From contig JAGATP010000007.1 in the NCBI GenBank assembly GCA_017621155.1, positions 14,204 to 78,203 of the forward strand: a DNA stretch of 64,000 nucleotides, given 5' to 3'. Shown in pieces: positions 55,799 to 64,000 of the stretch. Position 1 is the first letter of the stretch, and each line of letters starts with the position of its first letter. The translations under genes were made by a program, and so were the position numbers. Source of the DNA: Clostridia bacterium (GTDB taxonomy: Bacteria > Bacillota > Clostridia > Christensenellales > Borkfalkiaceae). The notes below the pieces were generated by a model, which worked only from the letters and a program-made list of their open reading frames with translations, searched no databases and was not told where the DNA came from.

Positions 55799-56403
55799 AT
55801 TATCTGGCTTTTGACACCTCTTCGGGGGCGCTCACCGTCCTTGCCAAAAAGGGGGAATGCCTTACCGTCGAGCATCTGGACGATTGCGCGCTTCAACATT
55901 CCGTTCTCTTGATGGATGAAATCGATAAGACCCTCAAACGGGCGGAAATGACGCTGGAGGACACCGAGGTGATCGCCTGCGTGGTGGGCCCCGGCTCCTT
56001 TACGGGCATTCGCATCGGCATTGCCACCGCCAAGGGCTTTTGCCTTGCGGCGGGGAAACCATCTGTCCCTGTCACCGCTTTTGAAATCATTGCATATACT
56101 TTGAATGACGACTTCGTTCTGGCAGTCGTCGATGCGGGACGAGGGTATTACTACGCCTGCGGCTTTGACAAAGACAAAAACATTTCCTTCGAACCCGCTT
56201 ATCTTCCGCAGGGTCAGATCGAAAAACTCAGAGAACAGTACGAAGTGGCTTCCTTGGAGAAGCTCCCCCTCGCGACCAAGGTCGTAAGGGCAGAGGTCGG
56301 GTTTCCGCTCGCCGTGGAACGGGCGATCGAGAAGGGGCGGTTTGCTCCCCTCGACGCGCTGTATCTGAGAAAGAGTCAGGCGGAAGAACAGAGAAAGGGG
56401 TAA
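55795..56403 (+). CDS. tsaB: tRNA t6A37 biosynthesis protein TsaB
   Basis: 202 aa. Motifs MNYLAFDTSSGALTV and GPGSFTGIRIG. Confidence 0.9.
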   Translation: MNYLAFDTSSGALTVLAKKGECLTVEHLDDCALQHSVLLMDEIDKTLKRAEMTLEDTEVIACVVGPGSFTGIRIGIATAKGFCLAAGKPSVPVTAFEIIAYTLNDDFVLAVVDAGRGYYYACGFDKDKNISFEPAYLPQGQIEKLREQYEVASLEKLPLATKVVRAEVGFPLAVERAIEKGRFAPLDALYLRKSQAEEQRKG

Positions 56404-56406
56404 ATT

Positions 56407-56841
56407 ATGTTCAGACCTTGGGAATTTAAAGACCTGATGGGAATTTCTCTCCTCGAAAAAGACTTGTTCCCCGGCACGGCGTGGACGTTTCAGATGCTCG
56501 CCGATTCCTTTCACTCGGGCAAATTTTACGGCGTCGTGTGCGAGGAAGACGGGTTGATCGTCGGCTACGGAGGGGTGACGTTCGGCGTGGAGGATGCGGA
56601 AATCGACAACATCGGCGTGCGGGAGGTCTATCGGGGCGAAGGCATCGGCAAGACCATTTTGGGTCAGCTCGTCAAAAAGGCAAAAGAGAAAAAGATGAAC
56701 CGCATTTTCCTCGAAGTCAGAGTTTCCAATACGCCCGCTATGCTTTTGTATCTGCACCACGGATTTCACGGGCTGTATACCCGTCCCCGCTATTATCCCG
56801 ACGGCGAAGACGCCGTGGTGATGGTGCGGGAATTTCTGTGA
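56407..56841 (+). CDS. rimI: ribosomal-protein-alanine N-acetyltransferase (GNAT)
   Basis: 144 aa. GNAT motif A (REVYRGEGIGKTILGQL). Conserved position after tsaB. Confidence 0.85.
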   Translation: MFRPWEFKDLMGISLLEKDLFPGTAWTFQMLADSFHSGKFYGVVCEEDGLIVGYGGVTFGVEDAEIDNIGVREVYRGEGIGKTILGQLVKKAKEKKMNRIFLEVRVSNTPAMLLYLHHGFHGLYTRPRYYPDGEDAVVMVREFL

Positions 56842-57518
56842 GCCTTTCTCTGATACAAAAGGGAAAGGGGGAAGATCTCATGCTCTTGCACGGTTATCTT
56901 GCGAGCAAGGAGTGCTTTTCCTCCGAAATCGAATATTTTTCCAAAAAATACAGGGTGACTGCGCTCGATTTTCCGGGCTTTGGGAATGCAGAGCCCCTCT
57001 CCTCTCCTTGGGGCGTGGGGGAATATGCCGATTGGCTGAAGGGGGCGATGGAAACGCTTTCCATTTCCTCGCCTTTCGTCATTGCCCACTCGTTCGGGGG
57101 CAGAGTCGCCATCAAGGCGAATTGCTTTGAAAAAATGCTCTTGACGGGGTGTGCGGGCGTCGTCTCGCACGGGCTTCTTTATCACGTGAAAGTCAAGACG
57201 TACCGCATTGTCAGAAGGTTTTCGCCAAAGCTTGCGTCCTCCTTCGGCAGTGCGGAATATAGGACGCTTTCGCCGCTCATGCGGGAAAGCTATAAAAAAA
57301 TTGTCAACGAAGATCTGAGAAAGGACGCGAAAAAGATTGGTTCGCCCGTCCTGTACGTGTACGGCAGGAAGGATCGGACGACTCCGCCGTCCTTGGGCAA
57401 AAAGCTCGCCCGCGCGACGCGGGGAAGCCGGTTTGCCCTCATCGAAGGCGGACATTTCGCCTATCTCGACGATCCGCTTTCGTTTCGGCTGTTGGCGGAG
57501 GAATTTTTTTACGAATAG
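56838..57518 (+). CDS. alpha/beta-fold hydrolase
   Basis: I propose a GTG start overlapping the rimI stop (VSLSLIQKGKGEDLMLLHGY). Nucleophile-elbow-like AHSFGG. The alternative ATG lies at 56880. Confidence 0.7.
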   Translation: MSLSLIQKGKGEDLMLLHGYLASKECFSSEIEYFSKKYRVTALDFPGFGNAEPLSSPWGVGEYADWLKGAMETLSISSPFVIAHSFGGRVAIKANCFEKMLLTGCAGVVSHGLLYHVKVKTYRIVRRFSPKLASSFGSAEYRTLSPLMRESYKKIVNEDLRKDAKKIGSPVLYVYGRKDRTTPPSLGKKLARATRGSRFALIEGGHFAYLDDPLSFRLLAEEFFYE

Positions 57519-57527
57519 GAGTTAGCT

Positions 57528-59147
57528 ATGGAACTTTTTACGGCGGCGCACGCGTTTGAATGGATTGGGGTGACGATTCTCTTTACCACCCTCTTTTTCC
57601 TCTGTTCCTTCAAGTTGCTCGGCGGGTTACAGCAGGCGGGTTACAGCACGAGGAAGCTCTTTGCGTGGCTCAAGCGCAAGGATAACCTCGTCTTTACCAC
57701 CCTTTCTCTTTTGAGCTTCATTCTCGTCCTCTCTTCTGCCGTGCTTGCCCTGTGCTTCTCCTTCGTCAAGGATTCGGGGTTTATTTCTCTTTGTGCGTTT
57801 CTCTTCTTCTGCATCGCCTACTTCCTTGCGGACAGAAAGTACGCGCTGAAGGTGAAAATCGTCAAGACGGCGCGCTTTCTCCGCCTCACCGCTCTCTATC
57901 TTATTTTTCTTTTCCTCTTTGTGGGGGCGTTTACCGTCGGATTTACCTGCGCCTTTTGGAGCATTCCGCATCCGCTTGCGGCGATCTGCCGCTATATCCC
58001 TATGGGACTTTTCATCTTCGCCCTGCCCGTCGTCCTCGCCGTGGCGAATTTCTTCGACAAGCTCTTTGAAGTTCCCCACAATGCGCGCTATCTGCGCCGC
58101 GCCGAAAAGACGATGGCGTCCTGTCCGAACGTCATCAAAATCGGCATTACGGGGAGCTACGGCAAGACGAGTGTCAAGCACATTCTCTCTTGCGTGCTCG
58201 GCGAACGCTATCGCGTGCTCATGACGCCCGCTTCCTACAACACCCCGATGGGGATTGCGCGCTGCGTCAACGGCGTCGATTTCTCCTCTTACGATCTCTT
58301 CCTCGCCGAGATGGGCGCACGGAATAAGGGGGACATCGAGGAGCTGTGCGATCTCGTCATGCCCGACTATTCGGTCATTACGGGCATTTGCCCGCAGCAT
58401 TTGCAGAGCTTCGGCTCGGTGGAGGACATCGTTGCCGCCAAGGGGGAAATCCTCTACGGCACGGCGAAGGGCGCAGTTTTGGGGAACGACGAATACACCC
58501 TCAGACTTTACGACAATTCCCCCGTGGAAACGCTGATTGCCGGGCAGGAAGTGCGCGTCACCGACGTGGTGGCGGACACCAACGGCACGCGCTTTACCCT
58601 TTGGGTCGAGAAGGAGAAGCGGACGGTCTCCACGAGATTGCTCGGCGAGCATACCGCCGATAACATGTGCATTGCGGCAACCCTCGCCTATTTCCTCGAC
58701 TTTTCCATCGATGAAATCGTGAGGGGGCTCGAAAAGACAGAGCCCATTCCCCATCGACTTCAACCCGTCTATGCGGGAGGCGTCGCTATTTTGGACGACA
58801 GTTACAACTCCAACGTCAAGGGCGCGGAGGACGCCGTCGCCATGCTGAAAAAGTTCACGGGCAGACACTTTATCGTGACGCCCGGGCTCGTGGAGCTCGG
58901 CATCATCGAGGAAGAGGAGAACAAAAAGCTCGGCGGGCGGCTCGTGGGACTCGATCGGGTTATCCTGGTCGGAGACACCCTCGTCTCCGTCGTCAAAAAG
59001 GGGTATCTCGAGGGGGGAGGAGAGCCTGAAAAGCTCGCGGTCGTCCCCACCTTGGACGACGCGCAAAAGCTCCTTAAGGAGGAGCTGCAAACGGGAGACG
59101 CCGTTCTGTTTTTAAACGACTTGCCCGACGTGTGCAATATCATCTGA
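57528..59147 (+). CDS. murF: Mur ligase family protein, MurF-like, with a polytopic N-terminal membrane domain
   Basis: 539 aa. Residues 1 to about 180 form five hydrophobic segments. P-loop GITGSYGKTS, C-terminal-domain motif DDSYNSN, then HFIVTPGLVELG. Confidence 0.75.
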   Translation: MELFTAAHAFEWIGVTILFTTLFFLCSFKLLGGLQQAGYSTRKLFAWLKRKDNLVFTTLSLLSFILVLSSAVLALCFSFVKDSGFISLCAFLFFCIAYFLADRKYALKVKIVKTARFLRLTALYLIFLFLFVGAFTVGFTCAFWSIPHPLAAICRYIPMGLFIFALPVVLAVANFFDKLFEVPHNARYLRRAEKTMASCPNVIKIGITGSYGKTSVKHILSCVLGERYRVLMTPASYNTPMGIARCVNGVDFSSYDLFLAEMGARNKGDIEELCDLVMPDYSVITGICPQHLQSFGSVEDIVAAKGEILYGTAKGAVLGNDEYTLRLYDNSPVETLIAGQEVRVTDVVADTNGTRFTLWVEKEKRTVSTRLLGEHTADNMCIAATLAYFLDFSIDEIVRGLEKTEPIPHRLQPVYAGGVAILDDSYNSNVKGAEDAVAMLKKFTGRHFIVTPGLVELGIIEEEENKKLGGRLVGLDRVILVGDTLVSVVKKGYLEGGGEPEKLAVVPTLDDAQKLLKEELQTGDAVLFLNDLPDVCNII

Positions 59148-59153
59148 CTGAAA

Positions 59154-59187
59154 ACACCGAAGAAATGTTCTTCGGTGTTATTTTTTT
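59154..59187 (+). terminator. intrinsic terminator-like hairpin immediately upstream of ddl
   Basis: An 11-bp stem ACACCGAAGAA/TTCTTCGGTGT followed by TATTTTTTT. The ddl SD (GGGAGG) follows directly. Confidence 0.75.
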
Positions 59188-59198
59188 GGGAGGCTGCC

Positions 59199-60278
59199 AT
59201 GAAAACCGTCGCCGTATTCTTCGGAGGAAAATCCTACGAACACGAAGTTTCCGTCCTTTCGGGACTGCTTGCGGTAAAACTGCTGAATACCAAGGAAAAC
59301 AAAGTCCTTCCCGTCTACGTGAGTTTGGAAAACGAATTGTTCGACGGGTCGGGGAAGGAAGTCAAGGATTACGCAGATGGAAAAACGGATGGATTCAAGC
59401 CTCTTCGCCTAGTCAAGGGCGGGTTGAAGGGAAGATTCGGCGGGTTTATCCCCGTCGATTGCGCCCTCAACTGCTGCCACGGCGGCTTGGGCGAAGGGGG
59501 CGGCTTGGCGGCGCTTTTGGAGTGGTTTTGCATTCCATCGGCGTCTCCGTCCATGACGGAGAGCGCGCTGTTTCAGAACAAATACCTCACCAAGCTCGCC
59601 GTGCGCTCCCTCGGCGTTCCCACCGCGGAGGGATTTTGTTTGGACGAAGAGGCGTTCCGCAAGAAAAAGCTCTTCTCCCTCTCCCTTTCCGAGCGGAAGT
59701 TCGGCTATCCCGTCATCGTCAAGCCCAACCGACTGGGATCATCCATCGGCATTGCCGTGGCGAACGATCGCGAGGCGCTGACCGAAGCGCTCACGATCGC
59801 CTTTTCCTTCGACCGTCAAGTCCTCGTCGAGCGGTATCTCCCCGAAAAGCGGGACATCAATTGCGCCGTTTACAGCGGGGAACGGCTCGTGCTCTCCGAT
59901 TGCGAAGAGGTGCTCTCCAAGGAATCCTTCCTCTCTTACGAGGAAAAATACGAGCGCGAGCGGAAGACCGCCCTCCTCGACGAATCCCTTTCGGGAGAGA
60001 TCAAGGCGCTCTCGGCGCGAATTTATCGGCGCTTCTCTTTGAAGGGCGTTGTCCGAATGGACTTCATCGTCAGCGAGGGGAAACCTTATTTCAACGAACT
60101 CAACGTCATTCCCGGGTCGTTGGCGTATTACCTCTTTTCGCCCTCGCTTGCGGACGGGAAGAAAATGCTCCTCTCCCTCGTCGAAGGGGCGGAAGGATAC
60201 CCGAAGGAACAAATTCCCCTGACCGGACTTTTGAAACGTCCCGAAATAGTGCGGGCAAACAGTTGTAAAATTCGTTAG
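59199..60278 (+). CDS. ddl: D-alanine--D-alanine ligase family ATP-grasp enzyme
   Basis: I take the start at MKTVAVFFGGKSYEHEVS. Motifs HGGLGEGG and NELNVIPG. 359 aa. Confidence 0.88.
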   Translation: MKTVAVFFGGKSYEHEVSVLSGLLAVKLLNTKENKVLPVYVSLENELFDGSGKEVKDYADGKTDGFKPLRLVKGGLKGRFGGFIPVDCALNCCHGGLGEGGGLAALLEWFCIPSASPSMTESALFQNKYLTKLAVRSLGVPTAEGFCLDEEAFRKKKLFSLSLSERKFGYPVIVKPNRLGSSIGIAVANDREALTEALTIAFSFDRQVLVERYLPEKRDINCAVYSGERLVLSDCEEVLSKESFLSYEEKYERERKTALLDESLSGEIKALSARIYRRFSLKGVVRMDFIVSEGKPYFNELNVIPGSLAYYLFSPSLADGKKMLLSLVEGAEGYPKEQIPLTGLLKRPEIVRANSCKIR

Positions 60279-60322
60279 TCTATGCTATAATACATAGAAA
60301 AAACGAATAGGACGGTATCTCT

Positions 60323-61522
60323 ATGTCGAAAATTCGAATGACGACCCCTCTTGTGGAGATGGACGGCGACGAAATGACCCGCATTCTCTGGAAATGGATC
60401 AAGGAAATTCTCATCGAGCCGTATGTGGATTTAAAGACGGAATATTACGATCTCGGATTGCTCCACCGTGACGAGACGGCAGATCAAGTGACCTTGGAAG
60501 CGGCGGAGGCGACCAAGCGCCTCGGCGTTGCGGTCAAATGCGCTACCATTACGCCCAACCGCCAGCGCATGACGGAATACAACCTGCACGAAATGTGGAA
60601 GAGCCCCAACGGCACGGTGCGCCGCATTCTGGACGGAACGGTCTTCCGTTCGCCCATTCTCGCCAAGGGGATCTCGCCCTACGTTCCCACTTGGAAAGCT
60701 CCCATCGTCCTTGCGCGCCACGCTTACGGCGACATCTACAACGCGGTCGATCATATCTGCGAGGCGGGGGATAAGGCGTATCTCACGATTGAACACAAAG
60801 ACGGCACGGTGACGAAAAAGCTCATCGCTGAATTTGAACATGCGGGCGGCGTCGTGCAGGGAATGCACAACAGGGCGGACTCCATTCGCTCGTTTGCCCG
60901 TTCCTGCTTCCGTTACGCGCTCGATCTGAAAATCCCCATGATGTTTGCCACCAAGGACACCATCGCCAAGGGCTATGACGGGGAGTTCAAGGCAATTTTC
61001 GAAGAAGTGTTTGAAGAATACAAAGCCGACTTCGAACAGGCGGGCATCTGGTACCTGTATACCCTCATCGACGACGCGGTTGCGCGCATTGTCCGCAGCG
61101 AAGGGGGGATTCTCTGGGCTTGCAAAAATTATGACGGCGACGTCATGAGCGACATGGTCGCGACTGCCTACGGCTCGCTCGGCATGATGAAGTCCGTCCT
61201 CGTCTCTCCGGACGGAAAGTACGAATTTGAAGCGGCGCACGGGACGGTCACGCGGCACTACTATAAATACTTGAAGGGAGAATCCACTTCCACCAACTCC
61301 GTCGCCACCATCTTTGCGTGGACGGGTGCGCTCGAAAAGAGGGGGGAGCTCGATGGAAACGAAGCGCTCGTCGCCTTCGCGCAGAAGCTCGAACGGGCTA
61401 CTCTTTCCACCATCGAAGAGGGCTACATGACGGGAGATTTGATCCCGCTCTTCTATGCGGACGTCGAGCCGAAAAAGCTCGAATCGGAGGAGTTTTTGCG
61501 GGAAATCGCCAAGAGACTTTAA
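60323..61522 (+). CDS. icd: NADP-dependent isocitrate dehydrogenase (eukaryote-like subfamily II)
   Basis: 399 aa. The N-terminal stretch PLVEMDGDEMTRILW and the motif NYDGDVMSD are typical of IDH1/2-like enzymes. Confidence 0.92.
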   Translation: MSKIRMTTPLVEMDGDEMTRILWKWIKEILIEPYVDLKTEYYDLGLLHRDETADQVTLEAAEATKRLGVAVKCATITPNRQRMTEYNLHEMWKSPNGTVRRILDGTVFRSPILAKGISPYVPTWKAPIVLARHAYGDIYNAVDHICEAGDKAYLTIEHKDGTVTKKLIAEFEHAGGVVQGMHNRADSIRSFARSCFRYALDLKIPMMFATKDTIAKGYDGEFKAIFEEVFEEYKADFEQAGIWYLYTLIDDAVARIVRSEGGILWACKNYDGDVMSDMVATAYGSLGMMKSVLVSPDGKYEFEAAHGTVTRHYYKYLKGESTSTNSVATIFAWTGALEKRGELDGNEALVAFAQKLERATLSTIEEGYMTGDLIPLFYADVEPKKLESEEFLREIAKRL

Positions 61523-61536
61523 TTTACTCCAATCAA

Positions 61537-61574
61537 AAGGCTGTGCGGAAGCGTTCCGCACAGCCTTGCTTTTT
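61537..61574 (+). terminator. intrinsic terminator after icd
   Basis: A 14-bp stem AAGGCTGTGCGGAA/TTCCGCACAGCCTT followed by GCTTTTT. Confidence 0.85.
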
Positions 61575-61612
61575 GTCCGGAAAGAAAAATTCAGCCCGTC
61601 CAAAAAGGGGGA

Positions 61613-61641
61613 TTGACAAGAGGAAGCGCTTGTGCTACAAT
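61613..61641 (+). promoter_or_regulatory. sigma-A type promoter (TTGACA-17-TACAAT, TG-extended)
   Basis: TTGACA at 61613-61618, with tgcTACAAT ending at 61641. Confidence 0.75.
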
Positions 61642-61690
61642 AAAATGACAAAAAACGGAAAAGCGAAGGGTATTCGATAAGGGGGACGTT

Positions 61691-62404
61691 ATGATAAAGA
61701 TTGCAATCTGTGAAGACGAAAAATCTGCCGCTGACAAACTGACGGCATACATCCAAAGGTTTGAGCGGGAAAATGAAGAGGAGTTTAAAATTACCGTCTA
61801 CAAAAACGCGCTCGATTTGCTCAGCTTTTACCGTGCGGATTTTGACCTCATTTTTATGGATATCGAAATGCCCGGTATCGACGGTATGAGCGCGAGTCGA
61901 AAAATCAGGCAGCTGGATAAAATTACCGTCATCGTCTTTGTGACGAATATGGCGCAATATGCGACGAAGGGATATGAAGTGGACGCCCTTGATTATATCG
62001 TGAAGCCCCTCAATTACTATGATTTTCGCCTGAAAATGCAGCGCGCCGCCGACTTGATTCGCTCCCGCGACAATTCTTTTTTGAACATCGCAAAGAGCGG
62101 CGGCTATGTGCGCCTCTCCGTTCGGGACGTTTCTTATATCGAGGTATTCGGGCATAAAGTGATCTTTCACACGAAGGATAAGGAAGTCGAAGGGTATGAC
62201 TCCCTTGCCAATCTTGAAAGTAAGCTCAAAAATGCTTCATTTCTGAGGTGTAACAACTATTGCCTTGTCAACGCATCGCACATTACTTACGTTCACGGCT
62301 ACGTCGTGCGGGTGGGAAAGGTTGAGCTCTCGATTTCGCATCCCAAGAAAAAGCAGTTCATGCAGAGCTTAAACGAATATCTTGCGGGAGGGGAAATCAA
62401 ATGA
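61691..62404 (+). CDS. LytTR-family response regulator (copy 2)
   Basis: 237 aa. Receiver (FMDIEMPGIDG) plus a LytTR domain. Paralog of 16446..17150. Confidence 0.9.
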   Translation: MIKIAICEDEKSAADKLTAYIQRFERENEEEFKITVYKNALDLLSFYRADFDLIFMDIEMPGIDGMSASRKIRQLDKITVIVFVTNMAQYATKGYEVDALDYIVKPLNYYDFRLKMQRAADLIRSRDNSFLNIAKSGGYVRLSVRDVSYIEVFGHKVIFHTKDKEVEGYDSLANLESKLKNASFLRCNNYCLVNASHITYVHGYVVRVGKVELSISHPKKKQFMQSLNEYLAGGEIK

Positions 62405-63741
62405 CGCTTTTAATCTATTGGTATTATTTGTTCGGAAGCCTCGTTTTCATGATAGAAATTCTTTCGGGGGAGCTGCTCTTTTCGCTCGGTTACAGCCGCC
62501 GAAGCCGATTCGGCGGAAAGCTCGCGCTCTCCTGCCTTTGCACGCTGCCGATTGTTGCGCTGGTCTCTTTGGGGTATTGTGCAATATCCGTCTCTTTTAC
62601 GGAAAGACTGTGGGTCGATTTGACGGTAATTTTCACCTATTGCGCGATGTTCGTTTGTTCGTTGATCGTCCTTTCTGCCGTTTATCGGGAGTCGTTTGCC
62701 GCCATTGTCATGAGCGGCATTGCGGGATACGCCACGCAACACCTGATTTACTGTTTGCGCGGGTTTCTGATCGAGGCGTTCGACCTTTATTCCATGGCGT
62801 TTCAAAGCGTCTGGTACAATTTTTTATTTAATCTGATGCAGCTCCTGTTTTTTGCCGTTTGCCTTGTCTTCATCTATCTCTTATTCGTAAAACGGAATCG
62901 CAAGCAGCCAATCGCCGCGCCTGGAAAAAATACGGTGTGGCTCTCCGCATGCACGCTGATCATTACCTTGATTTTTAACGGCGTCAGGGATTATTTTTCA
63001 GGAGAGAGCAGGGGGCTTTGGGTTCTCTGCGGACTTTTTTCGATGATGAGCTGTATCTTTATCCTCATCATCCGATCGGGGATTCTCGAGCAGAGCCGAT
63101 TGGAAAGGGATATGGTCGTGATTCATCGCCTTATGGACGACAGCAGAAGGCAGATTGAGCTGAGCAAGGAGAACATCGAACTGATCAACGTAAAGTGTCA
63201 CGACATCAGGAGTCATTTGCAGATGTATTCCAAAGAGGGCAGAATGATGACGGACGAAGAGCTGAGTTCGTTGAAGAGCGCGATCTCCGTGTATGACGCT
63301 ATGCTTCGTACGGGAAATGAAACGCTGGACATCGTGCTTTCAGAGCGTGCCCTCTATTGCGAAAAATACGGAATCCGTCTCACTTGCAGTGCGGACGGCT
63401 CGAAGCTCGGCTTTATGACCGTGGCGGAAATCGGTGCGTTTTTCGGCAATGCGTTGAACAACGCGATTGAGGCGGTCATGAAATTGGAACAATCGGACAA
63501 AAGGGTGATTAACCTTGTGGTGAAGGAGACGATGGGGCAGCTTTCGGTCTTGGTGGAAAACTATTGCGAGGGCGAAGTCGCTTTTGCGGACGGCGTTCCC
63601 GTGACGAGCAAGGTCGATAAAAACAATCACGGATTCGGCGTCAAGTCGATGAAAATGATCGTGGAAAAATACGAAGGTGCGCTTTCCTTTGCCGTAAAAG
63701 GCGGCGTGTTCCGCCTGATGGCTTTGATTCCCGTTCCGTGA
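62401..63741 (+). CDS. AgrC/HPK10-like sensor histidine kinase (GHKL), copy 2
   Basis: 446 aa. Polytopic N-terminus, H-box VKCHDIRSHLQ, and ATPase motifs NALNNAIE and HGFGVKSM. Confidence 0.88.
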   Translation: MTLLIYWYYLFGSLVFMIEILSGELLFSLGYSRRSRFGGKLALSCLCTLPIVALVSLGYCAISVSFTERLWVDLTVIFTYCAMFVCSLIVLSAVYRESFAAIVMSGIAGYATQHLIYCLRGFLIEAFDLYSMAFQSVWYNFLFNLMQLLFFAVCLVFIYLLFVKRNRKQPIAAPGKNTVWLSACTLIITLIFNGVRDYFSGESRGLWVLCGLFSMMSCIFILIIRSGILEQSRLERDMVVIHRLMDDSRRQIELSKENIELINVKCHDIRSHLQMYSKEGRMMTDEELSSLKSAISVYDAMLRTGNETLDIVLSERALYCEKYGIRLTCSADGSKLGFMTVAEIGAFFGNALNNAIEAVMKLEQSDKRVINLVVKETMGQLSVLVENYCEGEVAFADGVPVTSKVDKNNHGFGVKSMKMIVEKYEGALSFAVKGGVFRLMALIPVP

Positions 63742-63778
63742 TCCTTTTCAAATATGGGGCAAAAATCCGTAAGGTTAA

Positions 63779-63809
63779 GGCGAACTGCATTGACAGTTCG
63801 CCTTTTTTT
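63779..63809 (+). terminator. intrinsic terminator after the kinase gene
   Basis: Stem GGCGAACTG/CAGTTCGCC followed by TTTTTTT. Confidence 0.8.
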
Positions 63810-63866
63810 CGCTAAAGTGAAGCCGCATTCGCGAAGCAGCGAAAATACAATTAGGAGATGGAACTT

Positions 63867-64000
63867 ATGAGCAACAACAAACAGAGAATGCGGCAAGGGA
63901 AATTCATGGCGATATGGATTCCGATTCTGTCGTTCTTAACGCTCTTGTGTCTGATTGCAACCATCGTCATCAGCACAATGCCCAAGACGATGGACGCTTT
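63867..64000 (+). CDS. 5' end of a membrane-anchored/secreted protein (partial; runs off the window)
   Basis: An AGGAG SD lies 9 nt upstream. Own translation: MSNNKQRMRQGKFMAIWIPILSFLTLLCLIATIVISTMPKTMDA.... Confidence 0.6.
   Translation, partial: MSNNKQRMRQGKFMAIWIPILSFLTLLCLIATIVISTMPKTMDA

Noticed and set aside
57627-59090. 487-aa minus-strand ORF. Similar long antisense ORFs lie at 37498..38805, 50330..51601, 55678..56769, 46569..47465, 43526..44437 and 25532..26359.
   Set aside because: All of them lie opposite genes with unambiguous family signatures (murF-like, metH, ABC, tsaB/rimI, glyA, glnS, FAD-Rieske). They are Arg/Gly/Asp/His-rich and lack SDs. This is typical of high-GC3 coding regions.
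60431-62170. 579-aa minus-strand ORF, the longest unexplained ORF in the track
   Set aside because: It runs antisense through icd, its terminator, a promoter and the second LytTR gene. A real gene would not span a strong bidirectional-looking hairpin and intergenic promoter like this, and it has no recognisable domains.
1-64000. Window-wide search for CRISPR arrays, tRNA/rRNA genes, IS elements, integrases, phage genes, toxin-antitoxin pairs or known defence genes
   Set aside because: I found no regularly spaced repeats, no cloverleaf-like or rRNA-like sequences in the intergenic regions, and no transposase, recombinase, nuclease or helicase signatures among the supported ORFs. By eye I cannot exclude short or degenerate elements.

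Overview
This looks like a chromosomal segment from a moderately GC-rich Firmicute, probably a member of the Clostridia. The gene orders greA-lysS and tmk-holB-yaaT/ricT-yabB-like methyltransferase-rsmI are the classic Bacillota arrangements. I support about 62 protein-coding genes, mostly housekeeping. They include four aminoacyl-tRNA ligases (lysS, glyQS, glnS) and a folate/C1 and methionine set (metF, split metH, fhs, glyA). Also present are tsaE-tsaB-rimI, a murF-like gene with ddl, icd, a NifS-type cysteine desulfurase and a PerR-like/reverse-rubrerythrin pair. The accessory content comprises three tandem double-HTH XRE regulators, two diverged copies of a LytTR/AgrC-like two-component system (the first followed by a membrane-tethered, permuted GH3 glycosidase), an OmpR-type two-component system beside two fused ABC ATPase-FtsX permeases, a trkH-trkA-kdpD-kdpE operon without kdpFABC, and a GT4/acyltransferase/FAD-Rieske trio. 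The non-coding features are an FMN riboswitch with terminator ahead of ribU, many near-consensus sigma-A promoters, intrinsic terminators and several operator-like repeats. One 55-aa ferredoxin gene and one edge-truncated gene are missing from the ORF track. I saw no rRNA, tRNA, CRISPR array, transposase, integrase or phage gene. I found no recognisable defence or mobile system. The most unusual items are a Mur ligase whose N-terminal domain is replaced by a polytopic membrane domain, the duplicated LytTR/HK modules, the XRE triplet with its palindromic operator, and the Trk/KdpDE hybrid operon. High GC3 generates many long antisense ORFs in the track, and I reject those. All calls rest on motif and family recognition by eye. 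No alignments, folding or statistics were run.
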